Below, one piece after another: positions 1 through 13,397 of a stretch of 64,000 nucleotides of DNA. Numbering within the stretch: the first letter of the stretch is position 1; every line of letters starts with the position of its first letter. This DNA is from the human T2T-CHM13v2.0 reference genome, Homo sapiens: the NCBI RefSeq assembly GCF_009914755.1, contig NC_060940.1. The stretch is one strand, 5' to 3'. The notes below the pieces were generated by a model. It was not told the DNA's origin. It worked only from the letters and a program-made list of their open reading frames with translations, and made no database searches. Both the position numbers and the translations under genes were made by a program.

Positions 1-54
1 GACACGTACCTCACACTCAATACTGGAGGGTGATGATGGTGAAAGAACGTGTAG

Positions 55-715
55 CTGGATGGATAGGGAGATGGATGGTAGATGATGGATGGATGGATAA
101 ATGATGGATAGGTGGGTAGATGGGTATGGGGGAATGGATGGTAGACAGATGATGGACAGATGGATGGATGGGTAGATGGAGGAATAGGTAGGTGGAAGAT
201 GGATAGTGGATGAATTGGTGAGTGGGTGGATGGGTGGATAGATAGGTGGGTAGGTGGAGGAGTGGGTGGATGACAGATTGATGGGTAGATGAATGAATAG
301 ATGGATGGATGGATAGATGAAATGGTGTGTAGGTGATGGACAGATGTATGGATGGATGGAAAGGTGGGTGGATAGATAGATGGAAGGATCGGTGGACAGA
401 TTGGTGAGTGGATGGATAAGTGGAGAGATGGGTAGGTGGACGAATGGGTAGGTGATAGATTGATAGACAGATGGATTGATGGATGAGTGGATGGGTGGCT
501 GGAGGATGGATGAGAGGATGGATGCATGGATGGATGGATGGGTGGATGGATTGGTGAGTGGATGGATGAGTAGATGGATTGGTGAGTGGATGGATGAGTA
601 GATGGATTGGTGGGTGGATGGATAAATGTGTAGATGAATGGATGAATGGTGGGAGGAAGAGGAGTGCATGAATAAATAAGTGGGTAGGACGGTAAACATT
701 GATGAGTTGATGAGA
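55..715 (+). repeat. Degenerate (GGAT/TGGA)n simple repeat
   Basis: Continuous ggatggat/ggtggat/agat units. Confidence 0.95.
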
Positions 716-721
716 AGACAA

Positions 722-905
722 TGGGCTTTGGAGATCAAATCTTGCCTTGGCTAATTACTGTCTTTCTGACCCTAGCCAAGTCACTCGCTTCTCTAAGCAC
801 TCCTTCACTCACCTGAAAAGTAAGACTAATAATATCTACCTCATTGCCTTGTTAGAAGCTTCAAGTTAGATAACATATGTAAAAGGTTTTATAACATGTA
901 AAATG
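722..905 (+). mobile_element. MIR SINE
   Basis: Core-like caagtcact...ctctaag...cacctgaaaa...taataatatctacctca...gataacatatgtaaa. Confidence 0.7.
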
Positions 906-992
906 CTGTATGGACACTTAATAGGGTCATAACTAATACTAACCACAGGGCTTTGTCATCTCTGTCAACTAAAAAACATGGATGATCCCACA

Positions 993-1121
993 TTTTTTTT
1001 TGGTAGATACGGGGTCTCATTATGTTGTCCAGCCTGGTCTCAAACTCTTGACCTCAAGCCATTCTCCTGCCTCAGCCTCCCAAAGCACTGGGATTACAGG
1101 TGTGAGCCACCACGCCTGGCC
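993..1121 (-). mobile_element. Alu left monomer (FLAM-like)
   Basis: Poly-T followed by the reverse complement of an Alu left arm; ccacattttt on both flanks. Confidence 0.85.
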
Positions 1122-1509
1122 AATACCACATTTTTGATGTGGCAGCTTCTGAGGCAAAGATGAGGAAACAAAGATGGCGCACAGGTCAGGGCTGCAGCTG
1201 TCTAGACTATACCTCCAGGTGTGGCCTCAGCTGGGAAACTGGTCACTGTGCAGGAAGCAGAGAGCCTCACTTGCCTCCTCCGCTCAAACACTCAAACCCA
1301 AATGAGTAGAACACATTCCACACTCCCACCACAAGCCCCACTTCTCTCTGCCAGTATCCTACTTTAATGCCCAGGTCCCAAGCCTGTATTCAAGTCTACA
1401 AAATGGTGAGAGTCAAGAGCATTTCTAGTAGCCCCTAGAAGGTTGCAGAGGCACCAATGGTTGCAGAGGCACCAATGAGATAATAATTGCAAACTGTGAA
1501 GTGTTTCAA

Positions 1510-2295
1510 CGGGGTTACAAACTCACAGTGCAAGTTGGTAATAAGCCAGGTAAGGAAGGCCAGTTGTGGGCTGTGTTGAACCAGGAAGCACATCCCAGTA
1601 TCCAAAGGGGTCACACAGAAATGTCGGCCAGGGGCTGCCAGGCCTGATTTATAGAAAAATCAATAAATCCAGCCATTTAGTGTGGTGGTGAAGAGGACAG
1701 AATCCGGGGCTGGTGGCCTGGGTCCAGCATTAAACAGCTCTGAGGCCTTGCGGGGTTAGTTGACCTCTCTGTGCCTCATTTTGCTTGTCTTCATATTAGA
1801 GGCATTGTGAGAATCAAATGTTTTTATGCCTACCAGTGCTAAGAACAATGCCGGGCACTCAAAAAGCACTAGCGAAATGACTCTTTATGATGATGGAAAT
1901 TCTCTGTTTTAAAACACAGACAACCAGCTAGGCGCATGGCTCATGCCTGTAATCCCAGCACTTTGGAAGACCAAGGCAGTAAAATTGTTTGAGGCCAGGA
2001 GTTCTAGACCAGCCTAGGCAGCATAGTGAACCCTATCTTTACAAAAAATAAAAACATTAGCTGGGTATAGTGGTGTGCACCTGTAGTCCCAGCTACTCAG
2101 GAGGCTGAGGTGGGAGTACTGCTTGAACCCAGGAGTTCAAGGCTGCAGAGAGCTATGATCACACCATTGCACTGCAGCCTGAGCAAGATTCTCTTTCTTA
2201 AAAAAAAAAAAAAAAAAAAAGTGAAAATAGAATATAGAGAACCCTCTAAAAGTTCCACAATCCCCAGGCCATGGACTGTGAGTTTTCACCCTCTG
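1510..2295 (+). mobile_element. MER102-like hAT relic interrupted by a MIR (~1678-1880) and an Alu
   Basis: Starts ggggttacaaactc, ends gagttttcaccctctg; internal segments resemble the recalled MER102 consensus. Confidence 0.55.
1926..2220 (+). mobile_element. Alu (AluJ-like)
   Basis: ggctcatgcctgtaatcccagcactttgg... two arms, long A tail. Confidence 0.93.
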
Positions 2296-4039
2296 CTCTA
2301 TAAAAGTGTTCAATGTTATAAAAACAGTGACTTCTCCTTGTGCGTCCCTTCTCCCCTATGTGAGGAGAGACCGGGTTAGATTGTTCTGGATGCTCCTGAA
2401 GTCAGGGAGGGCAGGGGCAGGCATGGTTCCTTATCCTACTGGAAATCCCCTCCCTGCCCTAGACAATTTTAGCATCTTGTTCCTCACCTTCCACCACGCT
2501 TCCCACCAACGCTGTATTTTATTTACCCTAGAACCCCAAAGAGCATAAGATGCTCCAGTATTTTATGTATCACAACAAACAAAAAATATGACCAATTAAA
2601 CTACAGCACACAAATGAGGTATTGCAACTTAATGTAAGAGAGGCTCTAAGGAGGAAAGCTGTGTATCTTAAAATACAACCGTGAAATAAGGCAACAGCTC
2701 CCGTATACTGAGCTCCTACCATGTGTCAGAAACTGGACTCTCTGCTCTTTATATATTATCTTTACTTCTCCCAGTTGTTCCCGTTTGACCGATGAAGAAA
2801 TTGAGGCTCAGAAAAGCAAAGTGGCTCGCTAAGTCGTCTAGCTGGTAAGAGGTGGTACATAGATTTTAGCCCAAATGGCCCTGTCCTAGGATGACTACCT
2901 CCTTCCCTCTCACTGTCCCCTGCCACTCCCATCCCTGCTGTCCCCTGGGATGCCTAAAGGAGACACCAAACTGAAACTGTCACTTTCCCTTGCTCATATT
3001 GCAGCCACACAGTGAATCTCAATGCAGCCCCGGACAAGCCCCAGTCCGTCCATGATTGATTCTGTCTAAACTTCAGAAGCAGAATGAGTGGAGCCACATT
3101 ATTGACACAGCAAAATTAATTTTCTGCCATCTCCTCTTCCCCATGCCTGGCCCCCAGCACCTCGCCTCTCCTATGAGTATTGGCGCACGGCTGCTGACGG
3201 GTGCTCCTGAAATGCCAACTTGCATTTCTCATCATTAATTTCTTTGTAAATGTCATTAGTAATTGTTCCTGCTTGACCAAAGAGTACAATCCAGGCTTCC
3301 ACCCAGAGCACCCTGGTCTCTCGTTGATGGGGGCTAAGACATCCCCAGCCATGCCAGACCCCAGCCTCCTGATGCAGGCAGCCATCCCCGCTCCCAATAA
3401 GTCAGGATCACAGGCTGCTGTATCAAGAAAGTTCTGACACAAATGGAGTTCAGTAACACAAAACATCCTGCCCTTGGTGTTAGGACAATGGTTGTATGTT
3501 CAGGCTGCCTGGGTTCAAATCTCATCTCTGCCCAACTATGCCTCAGTCTCCCCACCTGCGAAACGGGGATAACAGCAGCACTGGCTTCATAGGTTTGCCC
3601 TCAGAATGGGAAAAAAATCAAGGCAAAAGGATTCCCTTAGTGCCTGGTTGGTGGTGGTGCTACCATCGTCCTTCACCTTGCCTCTTACCACCAGGGTTGC
3701 AGGTTCAGCTCTGCCACTTACCAGCCGTGGGACACGACATCAAGCGAGTGGCTTAAACTCGCTGTTGAGCCTGCTTCTCCCATCTGTGAAAGAGGGACAG
3801 TGATATCCACATCAACTCTGCCAATTCCACCTCAGATGTTGCCTCCTCCATGTGGCCTTCCTAGGGGACCAGGCACCATGCTCGATGATCTACAAGCATG
3901 ATGCTGCATCCCCACAGTAACCCTCCAAGAGGGGCACTGGCAGCCCACTGTCCAGGTGACGACAGTGAGTCACCGTGAGGGAGGTCACATGCCCAAGGTC
4001 ACATTGACAAAGCAACTCTGAGGCCCCCAAACCTCATTT

Positions 4040-4307
4040 CTGGGGGGTGGACGTTGACTGTGCTCCTTGTCCCTAGAAGGCCCAGGACACAGGCCTGAAC
4101 CCTTCGCCGCAAAGCAGTAAAAATGAGGCAGTGCTTCCTGAGTGCTGCTAGGGACCTCACAGCAAGCCCTTCCCGTGAGTAGCTTCTTACGACCTCACAT
4201 GAGTGTGTCTCCTTGTTGTAAATGGGTAAACTGAGACTCCCCATGTGGGCAGAGCTGCCAGGAAAGCAGAGCTATGAGCCCAGGTGGTCTGACAGGAGTG
4301 TCTGTGT
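4040..4307 (-). repeat. Left arm of a local inverted duplication
   Basis: Its reverse complement aligns collinearly with 5091-5353. Confidence 0.9.
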
Positions 4308-5090
4308 CTGTGTCTATGTCTGGGGTCTTCCCCTCAGGCTCCAAGGCCCCATGTCTTCCCGTGTGAGAGGCTCCCTCTTTGTCTGAGTCAATGCGGGGCA
4401 GGGCTTACAGGGTGCAAACCTCTGTGGATGTGGAGCCGGTGAGGCGCCGCCACTCGCAGTGTTGTCACTGTTACTAAGAAACTGAAGGCATGTGGTCCCG
4501 GCTGAGGCAGCGCCGGGGAGGGGTTCGGCTTGCCACACACACAATGGCCACCGGCCTGAGGCTCCTGGCAGCTCCCCCGTGCCCATCTGTTGAGATGGCA
4601 TGGTGCCCTCTAAAGTTGGTTGGCCCCCTGCCCTAGGGCATGAATGACAGGCTCCAATGGGCAGACGGGCAGCCGGAGGCTGATTCCAAGTGCCATCTCT
4701 GCCTGGAGCTGGGCCTTGAGGGGAGGCCCCCCAGTCCCCACCTGGGCCTCCACACACTTCATTGCTCAGGCGAGCTGACCCTCAAGGCTCACGAGGGTAT
4801 CTGAGCACAGCTGGACACAGACTTCTGTTTCAACACTACCCCTCCGGTGCCCGCTCCTCACTGCGCCTCTGTGGTGACCAGGGAGAAGCCATTGCTCACC
4901 CAGGGCTGTCCAGACCAGCGACAGTATCATGCCCCGGGAGCTGCATGCAGCCTCCATGTCACCCTCTAGAACGCCTGCCTCGCTGGGAGGTGAGGCCCAC
5001 TTCGAGACCCTGCACCCAGAGACCTACCCTTGGCTTCTAAGGGCTTTGAGAGTCATCTCCAACCCCACTGCCTCAGCCCGCAGGCTGCGA

Positions 5091-5353
5091 ACACAGGCAC
5101 TCATGTCAGACTGCCTGGCCTCACATTTCTCCCCGCTGGCAGCTATGTCCACATGGGGAGCCTCAGTTTACCCATCTATGACATGGACCTCATGCGTGAG
5201 GTCCTAAGAGGCTACCCACATGAAGGGCTTACAGTCAGGTTCCCAGTAAGCACTCAGGAAATGCTGTCTCATTTGTACTACTTTGGGGTGAGGGGCTCAG
5301 GCCTGTGCCTTGGGCCTTCTAAGGACAAGGAGTGTTGTCAGTGTCCACCCCAG
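5091..5353 (+). repeat. Right arm of a local inverted duplication
   Basis: Example: cacatggggagcctcagtttacccat here versus CACATGGGGAGTCTCAGTTTACCCAT in the left arm. Confidence 0.9.
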
Positions 5354-6496
5354 ACTTCTCCCAAGGCAGACCACAAACTGCCACACATGGCCCCTCAGGA
5401 GACACAGCTGCCTCCAGTAGTGGCAGCAATAATAATCATGTCAATGACAACAGTGATGATGATGATGATGATGCCACACCTTATTAGGTTGGGAACACCC
5501 TTGCCCCACTTGACAGTAAATAAACCAAGGCTTAGAGACACAGACCAACTGTGCTCGTAACACAGTAACTTACAGGGAGCAAGGGCAAAGCTCAGGCTCC
5601 ACAGTGCACCTTAATGTCACATGGGGGCCCAACTGTGGGGCTCTGTTTTGTGTAGCACTTATGTTGTATTTAGTATGTAGTATGAGTGATATGGTATGAT
5701 GCAGCACTATACTATACTATACTATATACTATACCATATTACATCACATTATATTATATTCCACAAACACATAAGAAAAATTCTGTTTGTCCTTATTAGC
5801 TTACTTTCCCCTCCCTGCAACATGTGAGGGGCTTAGTCTATGCCTCTGTTTGTCCCCAGCACCTATGCACAGCTGGCACAGATCAGGTGCTTAGTAAACA
5901 CTTGCAGGCTAGATTGAGCACGTCCACACATGATTGATTGAATGAGTCAATGAACGCATTAACAGAAAGCCCACCACCTCCAGACCACAGGCAGGGCAAT
6001 GACTAGGGCTCACCAACCTTTGACTCTGACCCAGACCCAATGCTGGGAGCTTTTCAGGCATCACTGCCTTCAGCTACCCCAGTACCAAACAAAGAAGGGC
6101 TCTTCAATAACCCTGGTCTCTTGAAAGCAAGAGAATGCCGGTGACTTGCTTATGGTCATGGAGCTGCTTGGTGGCAGGGCTGGCATCTGAGGCCAGACTG
6201 TGAGCTCCACAGCATGGGCATGGCATCGCCACAACATGTGGTCACATTCAGTAGAATTCAGGCTGTGCTGGGCTCTGGTTTCCTACCCTAGTGGGGAAGG
6301 CAGGAAGCATAAAGTGATCCTATTGGAAAAGGGCCACAATGACCCTCAGCAATCCTTCTATCCTAAGTGCTATAAAGTGCTTTACACATGCGAACTCCAT
6401 CTTCACAACAACCCGAGGCAGCAGGTCTTACCCCATTTAACAGATGTGGAAACTGAGCCCAGAGAAATACAACATCTGCAGTAGGAAATAATGGGC

Positions 6497-6984
<488 letters not shown>

Positions 6985-7315
6985 TCAGGTTGACAAGGAT
7001 GGGGCCATCTCTAAAGCAGGAAGGAGGAAGATGCCGCTACTCACAGAAAGCGCAGCCAGAGTCAAATGCTAAGTATGTGCCTAGAGCACTTTTGATTTTT
7101 AATTATTATTAGTTATAATTATCTGGCTGGATCCAACAGCAGCAGTACAAAGAGACAAGGAAACTGGCTCTTTGGTTACCCATCTTATAAGGACCAGGGA
7201 TTTTAAAAATGGGCTCCCGGAATCTGTGGGTTTCCCCTTCTTCCTTTTCCTCCTTTCCTGCTTGTGTTCTCTTTCCGACTTTCCAGGAGCTCAAAAAATA
7301 TGTTAACACATATGG

Positions 7316-7361
7316 GGATGGATGGATGGATGGATGGATGGATGGATGGATGGACGGATGG
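7316..7361 (+). repeat. (GGAT)n microsatellite
   Basis: About 10 near-perfect units. Confidence 0.95.
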
Positions 7362-7858
7362 CAAAGGGTGTCTTCACTCTCCAAAAACTCACGTCAGAGT
7401 GGAGAGTTTGGTGTAGACGTAGTGACTTACAATCCATATGGCCAACGGAATCAGGGGGGTTAAACCAAGGGCTGGAGAAACCAAAGGAAGGAGAATCCGA
7501 GAGGCTTCTCAGGGGAGGAGGCACTGGAGCTGGGCTGATGCATTAAGAGAAAGAAAGGGTACTTCCTGCAGGCAGATAGGCAGGTGTACGTGCATCTAGG
7601 AAGCCCCATCTTGATCTCACTGGGTAGGCGATGCGAGGCCAGCCCAGGAGAATAATGCAGGAAGGCAGTGGCCGCCTGTCCTGCTTGCCCCTCTAGTCCC
7701 TCTGCCTTTTTATTCTGTTCTGCGAACACCCCAAATCTGCTTGGGCCTCAGATACTTGGTACTGGCTCTTCCCTCTCCTGGAGGATCCCCCAGCTCTTCC
7801 CCACACTGGCTCTGCAACCTCCAGGATTGAGCTGAAATGCCAGCCTTTCCTGACCACC

Positions 7859-7941
7859 CAACACACACACACACACACACACGCACATGCGTACACACAC
7901 ACGCACACGCACACACACACACACATGCACATACACACACC
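7859..7941 (+). repeat. (CA)n/(CG) alternating purine-pyrimidine microsatellite
   Basis: acacac...acgcacatgcgtacac... Confidence 0.95.
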
Positions 7942-10900
7942 ACTCTCCATCACAGTACAGCGTTTTCACATTCTGAAATCCCCTAGTTCATGTATTTACT
8001 GACTTATCATCAGTGTCTCCCAAAGCATGTCAGCTCCATGAGAATAGAAACCCTGTCTCCTTGTTCCCAGTTCTGTCTCAGGCTCCTGAGGTGGTGCCGG
8101 GAGTAGGTACTCAGTAAATGGAATCAGGGCAAGGGCTGAATCAAATGTTCTCAAGGGCTAGGAAGGAAGGGTCCCAAGGGAGCTGAGATCCCGCCCCTGT
8201 CTCAGAGAGCTCTCCCTCTGGCCGGGTACCAGGACCCAGCCTGGCAGAGCCCGGCTCACCCTATCGAAAGGGCTCCGGGTTGCTTGTTAGAATACCTAGC
8301 TCTGCTTTTAATCAATTGTAATCATTTAGCTGGAAGCAGCATGATTAGGCACACACAAGCAAACAGCATGAGCTAATCCTTTAAATGCGCCCGCTCAACG
8401 CTGGGCTGGCCGCTTTGCCACCGCGGGCCCGGCTCACGGAATCACTTCCTGCAGCCCCTGGCTTTGTCAATGAGGGAGTCAAGATTCCAGGGCGTGGCGC
8501 TGGTCCAACACCCCAAAACCATCTTCATCAAGGACATGTGCATGTGTGCGTGCACACATACACGCGCTGTGAACTCTGACATGCCCTGGCAGGCAGTGCC
8601 CCGCAGCTCCAAGATCCCAGAAGTTCTATGTCTAAAAAGACATCTCTCTAGTTCAAGTTCTATTCCCCCATGACAGGACCAAGCAAGTCATAAAGGGGAG
8701 AAAGGTGGCAGCACCATGAACCTGAGGTCTTAGGAAGTCCCTATCTCCGTGACGAGAATGAATCCTTCCTCTCCCCAAGCCCAGCCTAAGCCAAACCCAT
8801 CCTGATGCTCATTTGCAAGCAACAGGGTTTGCAGGGTCCTGGCCTCGAGCTGCAGCCTGGCAAACGTGGCCATGCACAGCCCTGGCCCCGCGCGCACAGG
8901 CCCCATGGCGTTCCCACCTGGGCTCACCCAGGAGCAATTTTTCTTGCATCCCCTGTTACTGCTACTTGTGCTACCTGCTTGGCCCAACTACTAAAATAGT
9001 TTCTGGGTCCCCTGACAACGAAAGCTTTTTATAGTTCAGCACTGCAGGCCTCATTTAAATCTATTAGCTCATATAAATGGCAATTTATTTAAACTTTGGA
9101 GGGTTTCTGTTTGCCTTGGTGGCAAAGACAATCCAGCTTTATGTGTGGCTCTGCCATTTGCAAATGACCCTCGGCAAACCGCTTAACTTCTCAGAGCCTC
9201 AGTTTCTGTATCTGTAAATGGGGATGAGAGTACCTTGTTCATAGGGCTGTACACAATCCATGCAAAGTGCTCAGAACAGAGCCTGGCCCGCAGCACAGAC
9301 CTAGGGCCCAGGGGTGAAGGCCATGAGAATTGTCTCTTGTACAATTTCAGGGGAGCTTGTCCACTGTCTAACTCCAGCCCTGTATGGCTGGTAAGCCGCA
9401 TATGACCCTCATGCACGCATCCCCACAGTGAGGATGAAGAACAGGAAGCAGCAAGGCTCTTAGGATGGGGAGATGGAGGCACCATCCGTGCCCAGTGTCT
9501 GTGGGCACAGAGGTGCCCATGGGGATGCAGAGACAGCTGGGCTGGTGGGCAGAGGCGACCCCTCCCCTCAGGGTGGCTAACCACTGGCATGGGGCCGATA
9601 GGGCCCCAGGCCTTCATCTGCTGAGGCCTGAGGCTGGGAATGCAAGGCCAACAGCTCTGACATTTGCGGGCTGTCTTGCACCCCCAGTCAAATCTACATA
9701 CCACCCTCCACGGCGCCCGGACGTGGCTCAGAAATAGAGGGTCCTAAGAAAAGAGCCCAGGTCAAAGGCGCTCAGAGAAGTAGGGGAAGGGGGACCCGAA
9801 GCCCCGGCCCTCTGGCCTCCATTCCATGCCCTTTATGCCCCGTCTCACTGCCCTGGGCACCTGGCTCCTCCCAATGCCCCAATGTGGGGTCTCCTGTGCC
9901 CACAGCCCTGAGGCTTGGTGGGATGCCACACAAGGAAGGACTTGGAGTCTCACTTTGTTCAAACTCAGGCTGGAAACCATGAAAGCAAAGCAAACTCCAA
10001 GGAGAGGGAATCCCCAAAGCCATCTGATCCTCAAACTGCCCAGAAGTCAATGTCAATAATAATCACAGGCAGCGTCTGCTACATGCTCTGTGTGCCAGCC
10101 ACTGTGCCAAGGGCCTTTTGCAACTGAACTCTTAAGTAGGAACTACTCACACCCCTGCCTTACAGGTAAGGAAACTGAGGCTTACGGCTGGTGCATGACA
10201 GAGCAAGGTTTTAAATACGGAGCTGCCCTCACAAAGACTGGGCCGCTCCCTGCTTCACTCTTGGCAGCATTTCAGACACGTGCATTGTTTGCACACTTCT
10301 ACCGACAGGGACCTCAGCACTTTCCATTTCTGGACAGTTTTCCCGCATACTGCAAATGCTCAGTGTCCATCCAGGTCATGCACCCCTTCCCTGAAAAGCA
10401 CCCTGAACTTGCTGGTTTGTATCATATGATCCTACCCCCAGCCACAGCTCACTGGAGCAGGGTGGACAGCTGACCCAGGCTCACCTACCAGATTCCCCCT
10501 CCAGGGATCTAGCACCTGTTGCCTGAGGGCTGGCTGCCACTGCTGTCACTATCTCTGGGGTTTCCTGGGTGTTCCTTCTGGCTACCTGTGTCACCAATCC
10601 TCACACTAAATCCTCTCTGTTGAGCTACCTAGGGTGTCTGTCTTAGCAGAATTGACAGGAGCTGTGGAACCTTGACCACCTTCCTCCTTGTACAGAGGAG
10701 CCCAGAAAGTCAGGCTGTAGAGAGAGAGGACAATAAAAGCCAGAAAGAGGCAGAAGGCAGGGACCAGGCAGTCTTAGAGAAGACAGAGTGTAGCTGCCTT
10801 ATTTAAGTGACACTTGGCTCCGGGAATAGGGCTGCCAAAAACCCAACATTGCTTCCTGCTCTTAGCATCCAAAATCCACTCATGTCCCTACAGCTTAATT

Positions 10901-11243
10901 TCCCTTCTAGCTTGCGCCAACTGCAGAGAGTGATGCCTGAGCCATGACTATCCAGGACCAAAACCCCTGTTCTGAGTTGGCGCCCACTGCCAAAAGTCTT
11001 GGAGCCACCTGAAGCAATAAGAACCCCTCCAGGACCCAGAGTTCTTAAAATGCTCGAAGACAACTGTCCCTGCATTTCTTCTGCAATCCATCCAAGTCTT
11101 CTCCTGGTTAAACAGACTTAGGACAGACTCCTGGAAGCACCTCGAGGTCAGACCTGATCCCCTACTGCCTGGGTTTTCAAGGTGTGGGGTGAGCGTGGGC
11201 AGGTGTATATGTGGGTGAGGGTACAGGTATATGGACAAAGCTT

Positions 11244-11260
11244 AGTCTCCCCTATTTCTT
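11244..11260. repeat. Target-site duplication of the ADAM3B retrocopy (left copy)
   Basis: AGTCTCCCCTATTTCTT, identical to 12263-12279. Confidence 0.92.
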
Positions 11261-12250
11261 TTTTTCTTGCTTTCAAGTCATAGGATTTATTTTGTTTTGT
11301 GAAATTGAAAGCTTTAAGCCATAACAAAATGAGAGAAAACTTTTTTTTTTTTCATTGTTAGATCAGGCCAGTTAATGGTGAGTTTCTTGGTAATATCCTT
11401 TCTCCACCCTATGGCTTCGAAGTTATCACTTGGGCTACTTTAACTCTGTGACTCGTTGTTGTTCCTGCTGCTGTCTTCTGAGATAGATATGCTGCTTATT
11501 GTTCCCGCTTTGCTCCAAAATCTCTTCATTTTATTCCATTTAAGACTAACAATAGCAATTAAAATGAGCAAAGGTAAAAAAGAAATGTAGAAACTGATCA
11601 AAAGACCATTGTTTTTAGGAGCAGCACGTCGTTTTGGAAACAAGGTACACTTTTTTCTACCGTAAGCTAAAATCCATCATTAACACTTCCTCCTGGTGAT
11701 GATATTGGCGGCTCACAATCTGGAGGAGCATAACCAGGATCACACTGACAATGGAAAAGTTCATTGCAAGCCCTATTCTCTCTGCAATTTATGTTATATC
11801 TTGTTATATTTATGTCACTAAGATATTTGCATCCTTGGAATCTACATAACCTGTGTTGACCACATGCACTTATAGCTTCTGCATAGGTCCCCCATTATTT
11901 TGAACCATTTCTTGCATGTGCAGACAAACATACATGACCCCCAAGGTAAGTATATTGTATATCAAAGTCTGTCATTGATACTGTTTCTGAATGTGTCCAG
12001 TGACAATCTTTCCACAAAGAATATCATAAAAATGACAACGGGAACCACAGTTTCCAAATTTGTCATTTAGAAAATTCACTTTTTCTGTACACAGAACACT
12101 AGCAGACTTAGAAAATTTTCCAAATAACTGTGCGCACTGTCTGTCCCTATCTCTGCATTCTCCTTTAAAGCAATATCTAGTCTTATTGCTGCAGTATTCT
12201 AAATCAGCAGCTTTCACATCAGTTACACAAAACTCAGATGTTCCATTGCA
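11261..12250 (-). pseudogene. ADAM3B: Processed, 5'-truncated ADAM3 (cyritestin) pseudogene: end of disintegrin, Cys-rich, EGF-like, TM, cytoplasmic tail and 3'UTR
   Basis: Intronless. Reads CNGTSEFCVTD...CFKGECRDRDRQCAQLFG...DILCGKI, frameshift ~12003, CHWTHSE...GHVCLSAHARNGSK* (TAA 11895-11897)...CNELFHCQCDPGYAPPDC...SPGGSVNDGF* (TAG 11667-11669), frameshift ~11643, FPKRR...LLISFYISFLPLLILIAIVSL (TM)...ESQS* (11440). AATAAA at 11286-11291, A-tail remnant ~11261-11268. Gene symbol from recalled location at 16q12.1. Confidence 0.9.
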
Positions 12251-12262
12251 AAAAAAAAAAAA

Positions 12263-12279
12263 AGTCTCCCCTATTTCTT
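12263..12279. repeat. Target-site duplication of the ADAM3B retrocopy (right copy)
   Basis: AGTCTCCCCTATTTCTT, identical to 11244-11260. Confidence 0.92.
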
Positions 12280-12289
12280 CCCTGCAACT

Positions 12290-13395
<1,106 letters not shown>

Positions 13396-13397
13396 GG

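Noticed and set aside
17-721. 234-aa His/Pro/Ser-rich ORF
   Set aside because: It is a translation of the (ATCC)n simple repeat; the same applies to ORFs at 7109-7546 and 49273-49578.
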